Shown here piece after piece: positions 1-8,669 of a DNA stretch of 64,000 nt. The position numbers were made by a program, and so were the translations under genes. The first letter of the stretch is position 1, and every line of letters starts with the position of its first letter. The notes beneath the pieces are model-generated. The model saw only the letters and a program-made list of their open reading frames with translations. It was not told where the DNA came from and made no database searches. Origin of the DNA: Clostridia bacterium (lineage in GTDB: Bacteria > Bacillota > Clostridia > Christensenellales > CAG-138); assembly GCA_017523925.1 (NCBI GenBank), contig JAFWVQ010000047.1:7482-71481 (forward strand), given 5' to 3'.

Positions 1-487
1 TCAGCTCAACGAGGCTGCGATCCTTCTTCCACGAGCCGAGATGCGCTTCGTAAATATTTATTGCGCGGTTAAATTGGCTTTCGTTTTGGCGTTTTTCAAG
101 GTAGGCGCCGTCCGTCCAATCGAAGGAGGGAAGCCCATGGATAACGCTTGCCGTACCGGGGCGCATTTCGGCGCGGAAGGCGAAGGGGTCGGCCTTGTAG
201 CAGACCTTGCCGTCCGTCCCCGTGATGCGGTATTTGTACTTCTGGCCGCACCAGATATCGGGCGCGAAAGCCTCCCAGCAGCCTGTCTCCGCGTCCTTCG
301 TCATCGGAAGAGCATCCTCGTTCCAGTCGTTGAAATCGCCTACGACGCTGATTTTTTTCGCGTTCGGAGCGTAAACCGTGAAGCGCCAGCCCTCAACTTC
401 GCCCTCCTTTGAGAGATGCGCGCCGAGTGCGCGGTACGCCTCCGCGTTTTCGCCGATATTGTATAGGTAAAGTGCGTTATTATCCAT
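1..487 (-). CDS. glgB: 1,4-alpha-glucan branching enzyme GlgB, N-terminal part (CDS runs off window start)
   Basis: Minus-strand translation from ATG at 487: MDNNALYLYNIGENAEAYRALGAHLSKEGEVEGWRFTVYAPNAKKISVVGDFNDWNE...NIYEAHLGSW. This is CBM48 plus the conserved 'IYE(V/A)HLGSW' GlgB motif. The 3' end is truncated by the window edge. Confidence 0.6.
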   Translation of the reverse strand, partial: MDNNALYLYNIGENAEAYRALGAHLSKEGEVEGWRFTVYAPNAKKISVVGDFNDWNEDALPMTKDAETGCWEAFAPDIWCGQKYKYRITGTDGKVCYKADPFAFRAEMRPGTASVIHGLPSFDWTDGAYLEKRQNESQFNRAINIYEAHLGSWKKDRSLVEL

Positions 488-664
488 AATGACCTCATGA
501 AAATCGAATGTAAAGCAGGCAAAATCGGATTCAAATCCCTTGCGGGATTTGTTCGGGTATCCACCTCATCCGTCTTCGCGCCGCCCTGCGCCGCATCAGC
601 CACCTTCCCCTCAAGGGGAAGGCTGCGGCAACTCTTGCCCATGTATATTATACCGAAAAATCCG

Positions 665-2044
665 TCATTTGCCAACGCAAAACTTTGTAAAAATATTGTC
701 GAGAAGCTCCTCGGAGAATTCGCGCCCCGTGATCTCGGAGAGCGCGGAGAGCGCAGAGGAAAGGAATACCGAGATAAGGTCGGTCGAGCTCTCGCCGAGC
801 GCGGCGGTAAGCTCGCTTCTTGCAAAAAAGAGCCTTTCGATATGCCGCGAATTGGTAACGATGGCGCGGCTCTCGCTTGCGCCGAGCTTTTTTGCAAGCA
901 GTGTTTTCAGCGCGTCGAGCCCTTCGCCCGTTTTGGTGCTGATGATGACCGAGTCCGGTGAGAGCCGGAGCGAATTCAGCTCGGACTTGAGCGCGGCTTC
1001 GTATTTTTTGCAGCTTTCAAGCGAAATATCGCATTTGTTTACGGCAAAAACGGCGGCTTTCCAATCGGCCTTTTTTAGAAGAGCAAGCTCCTCGCGCGAA
1101 GGATCGCCGCATGCGCCGTCGAAGATGAAGAGCAGGCATTCGGCGCTCTCGGCTTCGCTCTCGGCGCGGTCGATGCCGATCCTCTCAACGGGGCTTTCGG
1201 CGTTTTCGCGAAGCCCGGCGGTGTCCACAAGGCGCACGGGAACGCCGAGAACATTCAGCTTCTCCTCGAGCGTGTCGCGCGTGGTGCCGGCAATATCGGT
1301 AACTATCGCCCGCTCGCTTCCGAGAAGAGCGTTCATAAGGCTCGATTTTCCCGCGTTCGGAAGCCCGAGGATAACGAGCTTCGCCCCCTCGCGCAGCACC
1401 CTTCCGCCCCTGCCGTTTTCGATCAGCTCGGAAAGCTCCCCGATAACGGGCGAAAGCACCTCCGGCACGGCCGAAAGCGCCTCGTCCTCCATCTCCTCGG
1501 GGTAGTCCATCGCGGCGGCAAGCTCCGAAGCAAGGTCGATCAGCCTTGATTCCATCTCGCCGATGCGGCGGCTCAGCCCGCCCGAAAGCTGATCGAGCGC
1601 GGCGCCTGCGCTTCGCTCGGTTTCCGAGTTTATAAGATCCATCACCGCGTCCGCCTGGATAAGGTCCATTTTGCCGTTCAAAAACGCCCGCTTGGTGAAC
1701 TCGCCCGGCTCCGCATGGCGCAGACCGTGCGAAACGAGCAGCGCGGAAACGGCGGAAACCACCGCATACGAGCCGTGCAGATGCAATTCGAACATATCCT
1801 CGCCCGTGTAGGATGCCGGTGCGCGGAAAAACACCGCCATTGCCTCGTCGAGAATGCGGCCGACGTCCGTGATCCTGCCGAAAACGAGCCTGCCCGCCTC
1901 GATCTTCCCGGTGAAGATATGCAAAAGCACGCGCATGGAATCGGGGCCGCTTGCGCGAATTACGGCAATCGCACCGCCCACCGGGGTGGACAGTGCGAAT
2001 ACGGTGTCATTCATTATATTGAGTTGTTCGGCTTTTCCGCTCAT
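665..2044 (-). CDS. mnmE: tRNA uridine-5-carboxymethylaminomethyl modification GTPase MnmE
   Basis: 459 aa. N-terminal 'FALSTPVGGAIAVIRASG', G-domain 'GLPNAGKSSLMNALLG', and C-terminal 'CVGK' tail typical of MnmE. The start ATG overlaps the jag stop (ATGA). Confidence 0.9.
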   Translation of the reverse strand: MSGKAEQLNIMNDTVFALSTPVGGAIAVIRASGPDSMRVLLHIFTGKIEAGRLVFGRITDVGRILDEAMAVFFRAPASYTGEDMFELHLHGSYAVVSAVSALLVSHGLRHAEPGEFTKRAFLNGKMDLIQADAVMDLINSETERSAGAALDQLSGGLSRRIGEMESRLIDLASELAAAMDYPEEMEDEALSAVPEVLSPVIGELSELIENGRGGRVLREGAKLVILGLPNAGKSSLMNALLGSERAIVTDIAGTTRDTLEEKLNVLGVPVRLVDTAGLRENAESPVERIGIDRAESEAESAECLLFIFDGACGDPSREELALLKKADWKAAVFAVNKCDISLESCKKYEAALKSELNSLRLSPDSVIISTKTGEGLDALKTLLAKKLGASESRAIVTNSRHIERLFFARSELTAALGESSTDLISVFLSSALSALSEITGREFSEELLDNIFTKFCVGK

Positions 2045-3249
2045 GCGTGCTCGCGCTCGGACCTTCTGTTGTATCCGCCGCCCTGCTGCCTGCGCTTGGG
2101 GGAGATGACCACGCGGCGGTTCGGCTCGTCGCCCTCGCTGTGCGTGGTGACGTAGGGGTTCTTCTGCAGCGCGGAGTGGATGATCCTGCGCTCGTAGGGA
2201 TTCATGGGCTCGAGCATCCTCGGGGAACCGGAGGACTTGACCTGCGAAGCGATGCGCTTTGCAAGGCGGATCAGAGTTTCCTCGCGCTTCTCGCGATAAT
2301 CCTCGGTGTTTATGGTAACGCGGGTATAGCCGTCCACCTTGCGGTTGCGGTTGATCACAAGACCGGTAAGATACTGCACTGCGTCCAGAGTTTCGCCGCG
2401 ATGGCCGATCAAAACGCCCATCTCGCCGCAGTCGATGCGGAGACGGACCGCGTCCTCGTCGCGGGCGGCGAGCACCTTGCCCTCGATGCTCATCTTTTCA
2501 AGCAGACCGCCTACGAACTGAGCGGCGGGCTCGCTTGCAGCGGCCTCCTCGGTGTAGTTTATAACGGGAGCGGGCTCCTGCTCGGGAGCGGGGCCCCTGC
2601 GGTTGTCGCCGCGGTTCCTGTTGTCGCGGCTGCGGCCGTTGTTCCTGCGGTCGCGATTGTCGCGGCGCTCACGATTGTCGCGGTTTTCACGATTCTCGCG
2701 GTTGTCGCGGTTTGCTTCGGCGGCCTGCTCGGGGCTCGGGAAAAGCTCGGTTCCGGCGTCGGAAGCAGGGTTCTGCGCGTTCTCCGCCTTATGCTCGGCG
2801 TTCTGCGCGGGCTTTTCGACCCTTTCGGGCTTTTCGGTGCGCTCGGGCCTTGCGTTCTGCCTGCGCTCTTCGCGGCTCTCGCGGTTATCGCGGTTATCGC
2901 GGTTGTCACGGTTGTCACGGTTCTCGCGGCTCTCGCGGTTGTCGCGGTTGTCGCGGTTGTCGCGGTTATCGCGGTTATCGCGGTTGTCACGGCGGTCGCG
3001 GTTATCGCGGCGGTCACGGTTATCGCGCCTGCCGCGCTCCCTTTCGAGCGAGAAGTCGGGTATAACGACCTCCTCCTTGGGCTTCTCGGTGAGCTTAACG
3101 ATGGCGGGCTTGGCGCCGATGCCGAGGATGCCCTTGGTCTCGCGCTGGATGACCTCGATATTCACCTCGTCGATGGAAAGTCCGAGCTGGCTCAGACCGT
3201 TGTAGATGGCGGAGTCAACGGATTTGCCCGTTGCCTGTATTGTCAGCAT
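2041..3249 (-). CDS. khpB: RNA-binding protein Jag/KhpB (Jag_N, KH, R3H) with long internal (DNR)n low-complexity insertion
   Basis: N-terminal 'MLTIQATGKSVDSAIYNGLSQLGLSIDEVNIEVIQ' and C-terminal R3H-like 'ERRIIHSALQKNPYVTTHSEGDEPNRRVVISPK'. The middle ~200 aa are DNRDNRDR/NRENRESRE repeats. Confidence 0.8.
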   Translation of the reverse strand: MLTIQATGKSVDSAIYNGLSQLGLSIDEVNIEVIQRETKGILGIGAKPAIVKLTEKPKEEVVIPDFSLERERGRRDNRDRRDNRDRRDNRDNRDNRDNRDNRDNRESRENRDNRDNRDNRDNRESREERRQNARPERTEKPERVEKPAQNAEHKAENAQNPASDAGTELFPSPEQAAEANRDNRENRENRDNRERRDNRDRRNNGRSRDNRNRGDNRRGPAPEQEPAPVINYTEEAAASEPAAQFVGGLLEKMSIEGKVLAARDEDAVRLRIDCGEMGVLIGHRGETLDAVQYLTGLVINRNRKVDGYTRVTINTEDYREKREETLIRLAKRIASQVKSSGSPRMLEPMNPYERRIIHSALQKNPYVTTHSEGDEPNRRVVISPKRRQQGGGYNRRSEREHA

Positions 3250-3358
3250 GTTGGTTTCTCCTTTGCCGCCGAAAATGCGGCGATTTCGATAATTTTTTGG
3301 CGCCGTCGCGGGGCGCGGCTGGGGGAAGGATGGGGTAGCGGCCGTTGGCCGCCCGGGC

Positions 3359-4447
3359 TTATTTGATGGTTTTGCCTATCTTCAGCTTATCGTCACCGAT
3401 GATCTCTCCTGCGGGAGCCTTATTGCGCATGAAGCGGTTGATGATCGTGCTGGAGATCATCTGGAACACGCTTGAGAGCACCCAGTAAAGCGAGAACGCG
3501 GAGGTGGAGCTCAAGCAGATGAAAAGGCTCATCACGGGGAAGAGATACATCATCATGTTCATGCTCTTCTGCTGAGCGGCCGCCTCGGGATTGAGCTTGC
3601 TGTTCTGGCGCTGACCGAGCCATGCCATAAGGAACTGCAGCGCGGTGGCGAGCACAGGCAGGATAAACCAGCCGTTGTTCTTGCCCTTCTTGTAGGTGCT
3701 CATCAGCTCGTCGTACTTCTTCCTTGCGTCGTCGGTCTGAAGAAGCTGCATCGAGGCCTCGCCCTCCTTGGGCGCTTCCTTGGAGTATGCACCGGTGGCA
3801 AGTCCGTTTTCAACGAAGGCGTTCCAGATCTGCTCGCCCGAAACGTAGTTTCCGTGCAGGTCGGTATAGCCGTCCTGCAAAAGCACGAGATTGCCGATGT
3901 TGCTGCTCTGATTCGAGCAGGAGCAGCCGCTGCCGTTGCCGTAGGTCGCCACGGTGTCTGCCGGGGTGACGACGGGCGCAAAGCCGCTGTCGGGCTGCCA
4001 GATATTGGTTATCCAAAGGAATTTGAAGCTCTCGTAGGTCTCCTGCGCAAGAGCGGGGTTTTCGATGGTTTCGTACGTCAGCTTAACGGTTTGTTCATAG
4101 CCCCAGAAACGGAACGCGGCGAGAAAACAAAAGAACAGCGGCAGCGTCAGAAGCATGGGAAGGCAGCCCGCTATGCAGCCGACGCCGTTCTCCTTCATGA
4201 GCTTGTTCTGTTCCTGATTGAGCTTTTGGGGGTTATCCGCGTATTTCTTTTTGAGCTTGTCGATCTCGGGCTGGAGCGCGGCCTGCTTTTGCTGGGTCTT
4301 GCGGCTCTTGATATCGGGGTAAACCTGAATAAGCCTCATTATGAGGGTGGTGATGAAGATCGTTAGAAAATAGCTGTTGCCGAGAACGCCGTAGAGCCAG
4401 CGCACGGCATAGAAAAACCATTCGGTCAATGGAAAATCGTGGATCAT
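3359..4447 (-). CDS. yidC: membrane protein insertase YidC/SpoIIIJ
   Basis: 362 aa, multi-TM, Oxa1/YidC family fold. It lies in the conserved rnpA-yidD-yidC-jag context. Confidence 0.9.
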   Translation of the reverse strand: MIHDFPLTEWFFYAVRWLYGVLGNSYFLTIFITTLIMRLIQVYPDIKSRKTQQKQAALQPEIDKLKKKYADNPQKLNQEQNKLMKENGVGCIAGCLPMLLTLPLFFCFLAAFRFWGYEQTVKLTYETIENPALAQETYESFKFLWITNIWQPDSGFAPVVTPADTVATYGNGSGCSCSNQSSNIGNLVLLQDGYTDLHGNYVSGEQIWNAFVENGLATGAYSKEAPKEGEASMQLLQTDDARKKYDELMSTYKKGKNNGWFILPVLATALQFLMAWLGQRQNSKLNPEAAAQQKSMNMMMYLFPVMSLFICLSSTSAFSLYWVLSSVFQMISSTIINRFMRNKAPAGEIIGDDKLKIGKTIK

Positions 4448-4513
4448 ATCTGTCCTTTCTTGGTCCGGCCGAAGGGCAGCACGGCGCTTATCGGCTTGGT
4501 TTGCCGCGGCTTA

Positions 4514-4804
4514 TTAGTTCGCTTGCTCCTGCTCCTCATCGCCGTCGGGTGGGGAGTGCCGTTCATGCCTGCCGCATTTTTTCTCGGGAACCGGATCGTA
4601 CCCCCCCTTGCAGAAGGGGTTGCAGCGCAAAATGCGCCAAAGGGCGAGCAAAAGCCCCTTGAAGGCGCCGTGTTCGGTCACGGCCTCTATCGCGTACTGC
4701 GAGCAGGTGGGCGTAAAGCGGCAGCGGGGCGGGCAGCGCGGCGAGATATACATCTGATAGCCCCGAAAGATATGGATGAAAAAACGCCCGAGCAAGCCCT
4801 TCAT
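4514..4804 (-). CDS. yidD: membrane protein insertion efficiency factor YidD
   Basis: 96 aa with the '[22 protein letters not shown]...GGYDPVP' hallmark. Overlaps rnpA by 4 nt. Confidence 0.85.
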   Translation of the reverse strand: MKGLLGRFFIHIFRGYQMYISPRCPPRCRFTPTCSQYAIEAVTEHGAFKGLLLALWRILRCNPFCKGGYDPVPEKKCGRHERHSPPDGDEEQEQAN

Positions 4805-5220
4805 TCCGAATTCTCCGTGCTTGAAGCGGGGGTGTGCCGTTCGGAAGAAGCGCCGTTCGGCACGGAAGGGGCGTTTCGCCCTTCGCTTTGAAGAAGCCCC
4901 GCCTTCTTAAGAAGATAGCGCATGGTGGAGCGCACGGAAGCGAAATCCTCCTCGAGGATCGCATGCTTTGCGATGAAGATGAGCTTGCCCTCCTGCGCCA
5001 TTAGAGGGATCAGCGGGGTGACCGCTTCCCTCATCCTGCGCTTCGTGCGGTTGCGAACCACGGCGTTGCCGAGCTTCTTTCCAACGGAAAAGCCGATCTT
5101 CGGCCCGTTTGATTTTCGGGCGGAATAAACAAGCACCATGCTTCTTGCGCCGACCGATTTGCCGACGCGGTAGGTATGGCGGAACTCCTTGTTACGCTTT
5201 AAGGAATAGCAACGCTTCAA
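4801..5220 (-). CDS. rnpA: ribonuclease P protein component RnpA (probable TTG start)
   Basis: N-terminus '[32 protein letters not shown]' aligns with RnpA, and the '[12 protein letters not shown]' motif is present. The first codon at 5218-5220 is TTG. Confidence 0.8.
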   Translation of the reverse strand: MKRCYSLKRNKEFRHTYRVGKSVGARSMVLVYSARKSNGPKIGFSVGKKLGNAVVRNRTKRRMREAVTPLIPLMAQEGKLIFIAKHAILEEDFASVRSTMRYLLKKAGLLQSEGRNAPSVPNGASSERHTPASSTENSE

Positions 5221-5320
5221 TTCTTCACGCCTGTTGGCCTAAAACCGGATGACGCGCGATCCGGTCTAACCGGAATACGCCCCGCGCGGAATGCGCAAGG
5301 CGAAATGGGAAATATTGGTC

Positions 5321-5455
5321 TTATGCGGACAGCTTTTTCCTGCCCTTGAGACGCCTGCGGGCAAGAACGTTCCTGCCGTTGGCGGTGCTCATGCGCTTGC
5401 GGAAGCCATGGACCTTTTTCCTCTGCCTGACCTTGGGCTGGAAAGTCATTTTCAT
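5321..5455 (-). CDS. rpmH: 50S ribosomal protein L34
   Basis: Manual minus-strand translation gives [44 protein letters not shown] (44 aa). It is below the ORF-track size cutoff. Confidence 0.9.
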   Translation of the reverse strand: MKMTFQPKVRQRKKVHGFRKRMSTANGRNVLARRRLKGRKKLSA

Positions 5456-5538
5456 AGTGGATTACCTCTTTCTTCAATATTTAAGGAGCCCGATTTGCTC
5501 TCATACGGGCAAGGACTCCCATAGTGTCGCATTTTCGT

Positions 5539-5569
5539 ATTATACAGGACTCATGCGCCCGCTGTCAAG
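5539..5569 (-). promoter_or_regulatory. candidate sigma-A promoter of the rpmH operon (TTGACA-19-TATAAT on minus strand)
   Basis: The reverse complement of 5539-5569 contains TTGACA ... TATAAT. The 19-nt spacer is on the long side. Confidence 0.3.
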
Positions 5570-5723
5570 TGTAAAATGCGGGCTTTTTTGCGCGTTTTGG
5601 GCGAAAAGACGGAAAAGAAGATTATATTTTGGCGCGCGGCGCATGGAAAAAGGGCGTTTTCGGCAAAAAACACCCCGCAGTGCGGCCGAGATGCGCAGTG
5701 CCGGTGCAGCGGATCGCTTTGGT

Positions 5724-6869
5724 TCAGGCTTTATCGTTTTCGGATAGCTTGCCGAACACCTGCTCCGCCGTTTCCCTGTCCGCATCGCAGAGCGCGTATT
5801 TATGCAGCTCGCTCGGAAGAACGAACTCGAGCGCGTCATGCTCGAGCGGCTTGGGCTCGCCCTTCGGCTCGCACTCGAAAACGAACAGCCGCACGGTCAG
5901 ATCGGGATAGATATGCGTCAGCGTAGTCAAATGGCGCGTGACGGCAAGGTCTGCATCCAGCTCCTCGCGGCATTCGCGCAAAAGCGCCTCCCGCGCCGTT
6001 TCGCCCGCCTCGAGCTTGCCGCCGGGGAACTCCCAAAGCCCGCCTCTTGCCTTGTGCGCGGGACGGCGGCAGATAAGGACCCGTTCGCCCCGCCTTATCA
6101 CGGCGGCGGCAACGTCGAGCGGCGGCCTTTCATTATTTTTTATACCGTCCGCATCCGCTTCGCGCGCGGTTCTGCCGGCCTTCTTCGGCGCGGCTCGCTT
6201 CAGCGTTTTAAGAAACTCCTTTTGCTCAGCGCTGATTCGGAAGCTCTCGACCGCCTTTTGGATGCTTTTGTTGTGCGTCCAAGCATCGAGCCTGTTTTCG
6301 GTAAGATAGGGCAGAGTGTAGTCGTAACGAAACGCGAGCGCGGTGGCGAAATACCAGGCGCGCATCATGTTCACGTAGTAGTCTGAGCTTGAAACGGCAG
6401 CCGTTTTTTCACGGAACTCAATGGAAAAATCATCCGTCAAGCCGTAGGTCATCAGCATCAGTATTCCGAAGCGCACGGTGTAGGCATGCGCGCTCTCGAT
6501 GCAGGAAAAAATGAACGGAAGCGCCTCCGTAAAATGCCTCTTGATCGCCTCGGGGCGCAGCGTGTCGCAAACCGCCCAGTTGTTGACGCAGGGAAGAAAG
6601 CCGCGCAGCGCGGCGATGGCGGCGGGCAGCTCTTTTTCCGCATTGATAAAAAGAGCGTGAAGCAGGTTCTCCTCGTGGAAGGCGTGGGGAAGACCCAGCA
6701 GGAATTCCCGCTTTTCGGGCGCGTTTTTCAGCCGCTTCGCCATGGCGCGAAGGGCGGGCAGGCGCACGCCGAGCACGCTCTGCCGCGGGATATTCGGGAT
6801 AAGCTTCGCGGTGAAATCGCCGTAATCGAGCTCGCTCTGCTCATTTAATAATGAAAGAATATCGTTCAT
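5724..6869 (-). CDS. AlkD-like DNA alkylation repair (HEAT-repeat glycosylase) domain fused to C-terminal NUDIX (MutT-like) hydrolase
   Basis: The likely start is the internal M106 of the track ORF (MNDILSLL...), with GGAGG 8 nt upstream. The N-terminal ~230 aa are AlkD-like ('NNWAVCD'). The C-terminus has the Nudix box 'GGKLEAGETAREALLRECREELDADL'. Confidence 0.55.
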   Translation of the reverse strand: MNDILSLLNEQSELDYGDFTAKLIPNIPRQSVLGVRLPALRAMAKRLKNAPEKREFLLGLPHAFHEENLLHALFINAEKELPAAIAALRGFLPCVNNWAVCDTLRPEAIKRHFTEALPFIFSCIESAHAYTVRFGILMLMTYGLTDDFSIEFREKTAAVSSSDYYVNMMRAWYFATALAFRYDYTLPYLTENRLDAWTHNKSIQKAVESFRISAEQKEFLKTLKRAAPKKAGRTAREADADGIKNNERPPLDVAAAVIRRGERVLICRRPAHKARGGLWEFPGGKLEAGETAREALLRECREELDADLAVTRHLTTLTHIYPDLTVRLFVFECEPKGEPKPLEHDALEFVLPSELHKYALCDADRETAEQVFGKLSENDKA

Positions 6870-7048
6870 AGCTCCTGCCTCCGACAGTATGGCTGCTTCT
6901 TGAATCTTAATAAAGCCATTATACCGCGCCGCGCCCGATTTGGGAACAGGGGGAGCGGAAAAAACATAAATAACCGATATAGCGGGGCAAGAGCGGAAAA
7001 ATAAAACGGGCGCTGCCGACGATCCGGAGCGTCCGTTTTTGCGTGAAA

Positions 7049-7080
7049 GGGTTGTGCGGTGGTATGCGGTGGTATGCGGT
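7049..7080. repeat. short tandem repeat (GCGGTGGTAT)x3
   Basis: 'gcggtggtatgcggtggtatgcggtggtat', seen directly between bcp and the alkD-nudix gene. Confidence 0.7.
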
Positions 7081-7104
7081 GGTATGTGAGGGGATGGAAT
7101 GAAC

Positions 7105-7569
7105 TCACAGCAGGCTGCACATTTCCGCCGCGTTTTCATCGGGCTTGACCTTGAAAAAGCTTGAAACGATGTTTCCGTTTTCATCTATAAGGAAGCTTGA
7201 GCGCACCACGCCCATGCTGACTTTGCCGTACTGCTTCTTTTCCTGCCAAACGCCGTAGGCCTTGATCGCGATGAGCTCGGGATCGGAGAGCAGGATGAAG
7301 GGCAGCGCGTGCTTTTCGGCGAATTTCGCGTGCGAAGCGGCGCTGTCGCGGCTGATGCCGATGACCACCGCGCCCTTTTCGATGAATTCATCGTGCAGCT
7401 TGGCAAAGCCCTGCGCCTGACGGGTGCAGCCGGGCGTGTTGTCGCGTGGGTAGAAATAGAGCACGACCTTCTTTCCGCGAAAATCGGATAGGGAGACGGG
7501 GTTGCCGCTTGCGTCCGAGAGGGTGAAATCGGGGGCGGGGGAGAGGGTGGGTTCCATGGGACAGCTCAT
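7105..7569 (-). CDS. bcp: thioredoxin-dependent peroxiredoxin Bcp
   Basis: 154 aa, AhpC/TSA fold, with 'VVLYFYPRDNTPGCTRQA' carrying the peroxidatic Cys. Confidence 0.8.
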   Translation of the reverse strand: MSCPMEPTLSPAPDFTLSDASGNPVSLSDFRGKKVVLYFYPRDNTPGCTRQAQGFAKLHDEFIEKGAVVIGISRDSAASHAKFAEKHALPFILLSDPELIAIKAYGVWQEKKQYGKVSMGVVRSSFLIDENGNIVSSFFKVKPDENAAEMCSLL

Positions 7570-7576
7570 TTCGTAT

Positions 7577-7650
7577 TAGTGAATAGTGAATAGTGAACAG
7601 TAATAGTTGCGGTTCGCTTCCCTTGTGGGGGGCGTTTCATTGCATTTTGA
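7577..7650 (+). repeat. TAGTGAA-heptamer array element, copy A (degenerate hairpin)
   Basis: 'tagtgaatagtgaatagtgaacagtaatagttgcggttcgc...'. Confidence 0.6.
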
Positions 7651-7670
7651 AATAGCTTTCGCCGCGCTCC

Positions 7671-8051
7671 TCACAGCTCGGCGACCCAGAGGCCGTGCAG
7701 ATTGCAGTAGGCATACACGGCGAGGGGCTTTTCGTCTGCAAGTGCGAAGCTCACCTCGGGTGCGTCGCCGGGGGAGAGGCATTTGCGCTGGCCGCCGCGA
7801 TCGGTCTGAAGATAGACCCACTGAATGTAATGCTCGTCGATCATGGGATGGGGCACGGAGCCGATACCGACCTTCACCGCGCCGTCCTCGACCTTCACGA
7901 CCGGGATATGCTTTTCATGGCTCGCCTCGACCGTGCCGGGCTCAAGGCGGGTCATCTTCTGCCCGCAGCACACGACGGGAACGCCCGAATCATGCACCAT
8001 GCCGATGATGTTTCCGCAATGCTCGCAGATGTAGAATTTGGATGCACACAT
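7671..8051 (-). CDS. dfx: desulfoferrodoxin / superoxide reductase
   Basis: 126 aa. N-terminal desulforedoxin-like 'FYICEHCGNI...VVCCGQKM' and a C-terminal neelaredoxin-like domain with His/Cys ligands. Confidence 0.8.
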   Translation of the reverse strand: MCASKFYICEHCGNIIGMVHDSGVPVVCCGQKMTRLEPGTVEASHEKHIPVVKVEDGAVKVGIGSVPHPMIDEHYIQWVYLQTDRGGQRKCLSPGDAPEVSFALADEKPLAVYAYCNLHGLWVAEL

Positions 8052-8423
8052 AGTTTTTTCCTCCGTTTCAGTTGGTTTTTGCTTGGTTCATGCTTGGTTT
8101 TTGCCCGGCGCATGCTCGGCTCTCGGCTTCCGCCCGCATGGGGCGAGCGCCTGTTTACTTAATATATTATAGCAGCTTTGCGCGGCCGATTCAAGCGCGC
8201 ACCGGTCATGGTTTAATTATACCGACTCGGCGGCTGCCCTTCCGTGATAATATCACGAAAAAAGGTGCAAATTTGCGGATCGGATGAGCGCGAAACGGGA
8301 GATCGGCGCACGCGGCGGCCTCTTGCGCGGCAGCGCGGCGTGATGCATGCGCCCGAAGCGCGTATCGGGGAGTGGCGCGGGCGAAAAAACTTGAAAAATA
8401 CGCTAAATACTACAAAAAAACGC

Positions 8424-8452
8424 TTGACAGCGGTTCCTTGCGCCGTATATAA
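8424..8452 (+). promoter_or_regulatory. sigma-A-type promoter (TTGACA-17-TATAAT) upstream of VWA-dockerin gene, followed by ~215-nt leader with direct repeats
   Basis: 'cTTGACAgcggttccttgcgccgtaTATAATg'. The leader contains two copies of 'cgaacg(a/g)gc..gctgcctgcggg(c/t)ggc'. Confidence 0.45.
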
Positions 8453-8669
8453 TGCTTGATTAGGTTGGAAAAGTATGGACAGGTTTGAGCGCCGGCGGAT
8501 CGAACGAGCATCGCGGCTGCCTGCGGGCGGCGCATGCGCGTGATTGCGGCAGTGCGATGGACGGCGCTCGAACGGGCTGCCTGCGGGTGGCAAAATGAAT
8601 ATGGGTATTTGTGCTTCGACCGCGCGCCATGTGCTGTGCGGCCGAAAATAATGATACGGAGGTTTTTTC

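Noticed and set aside
41-412. 123-aa plus ORF at window start
   Set aside because: Antisense to the glgB N-terminal CDS, which has clear family motifs.
2047-3366. 439-aa plus-strand ORF and other ORFs (2559-3017, 2603-3205, 2712-3065) over jag
   Set aside because: Antisense or alternate-frame readings of the (DNR)n repeat region. They are low-complexity.
5456-5723. oriC / DnaA-box cluster upstream of rpmH
   Set aside because: No TTATCCACA-like boxes. Only a promoter-like sequence and a short intergenic region were seen.
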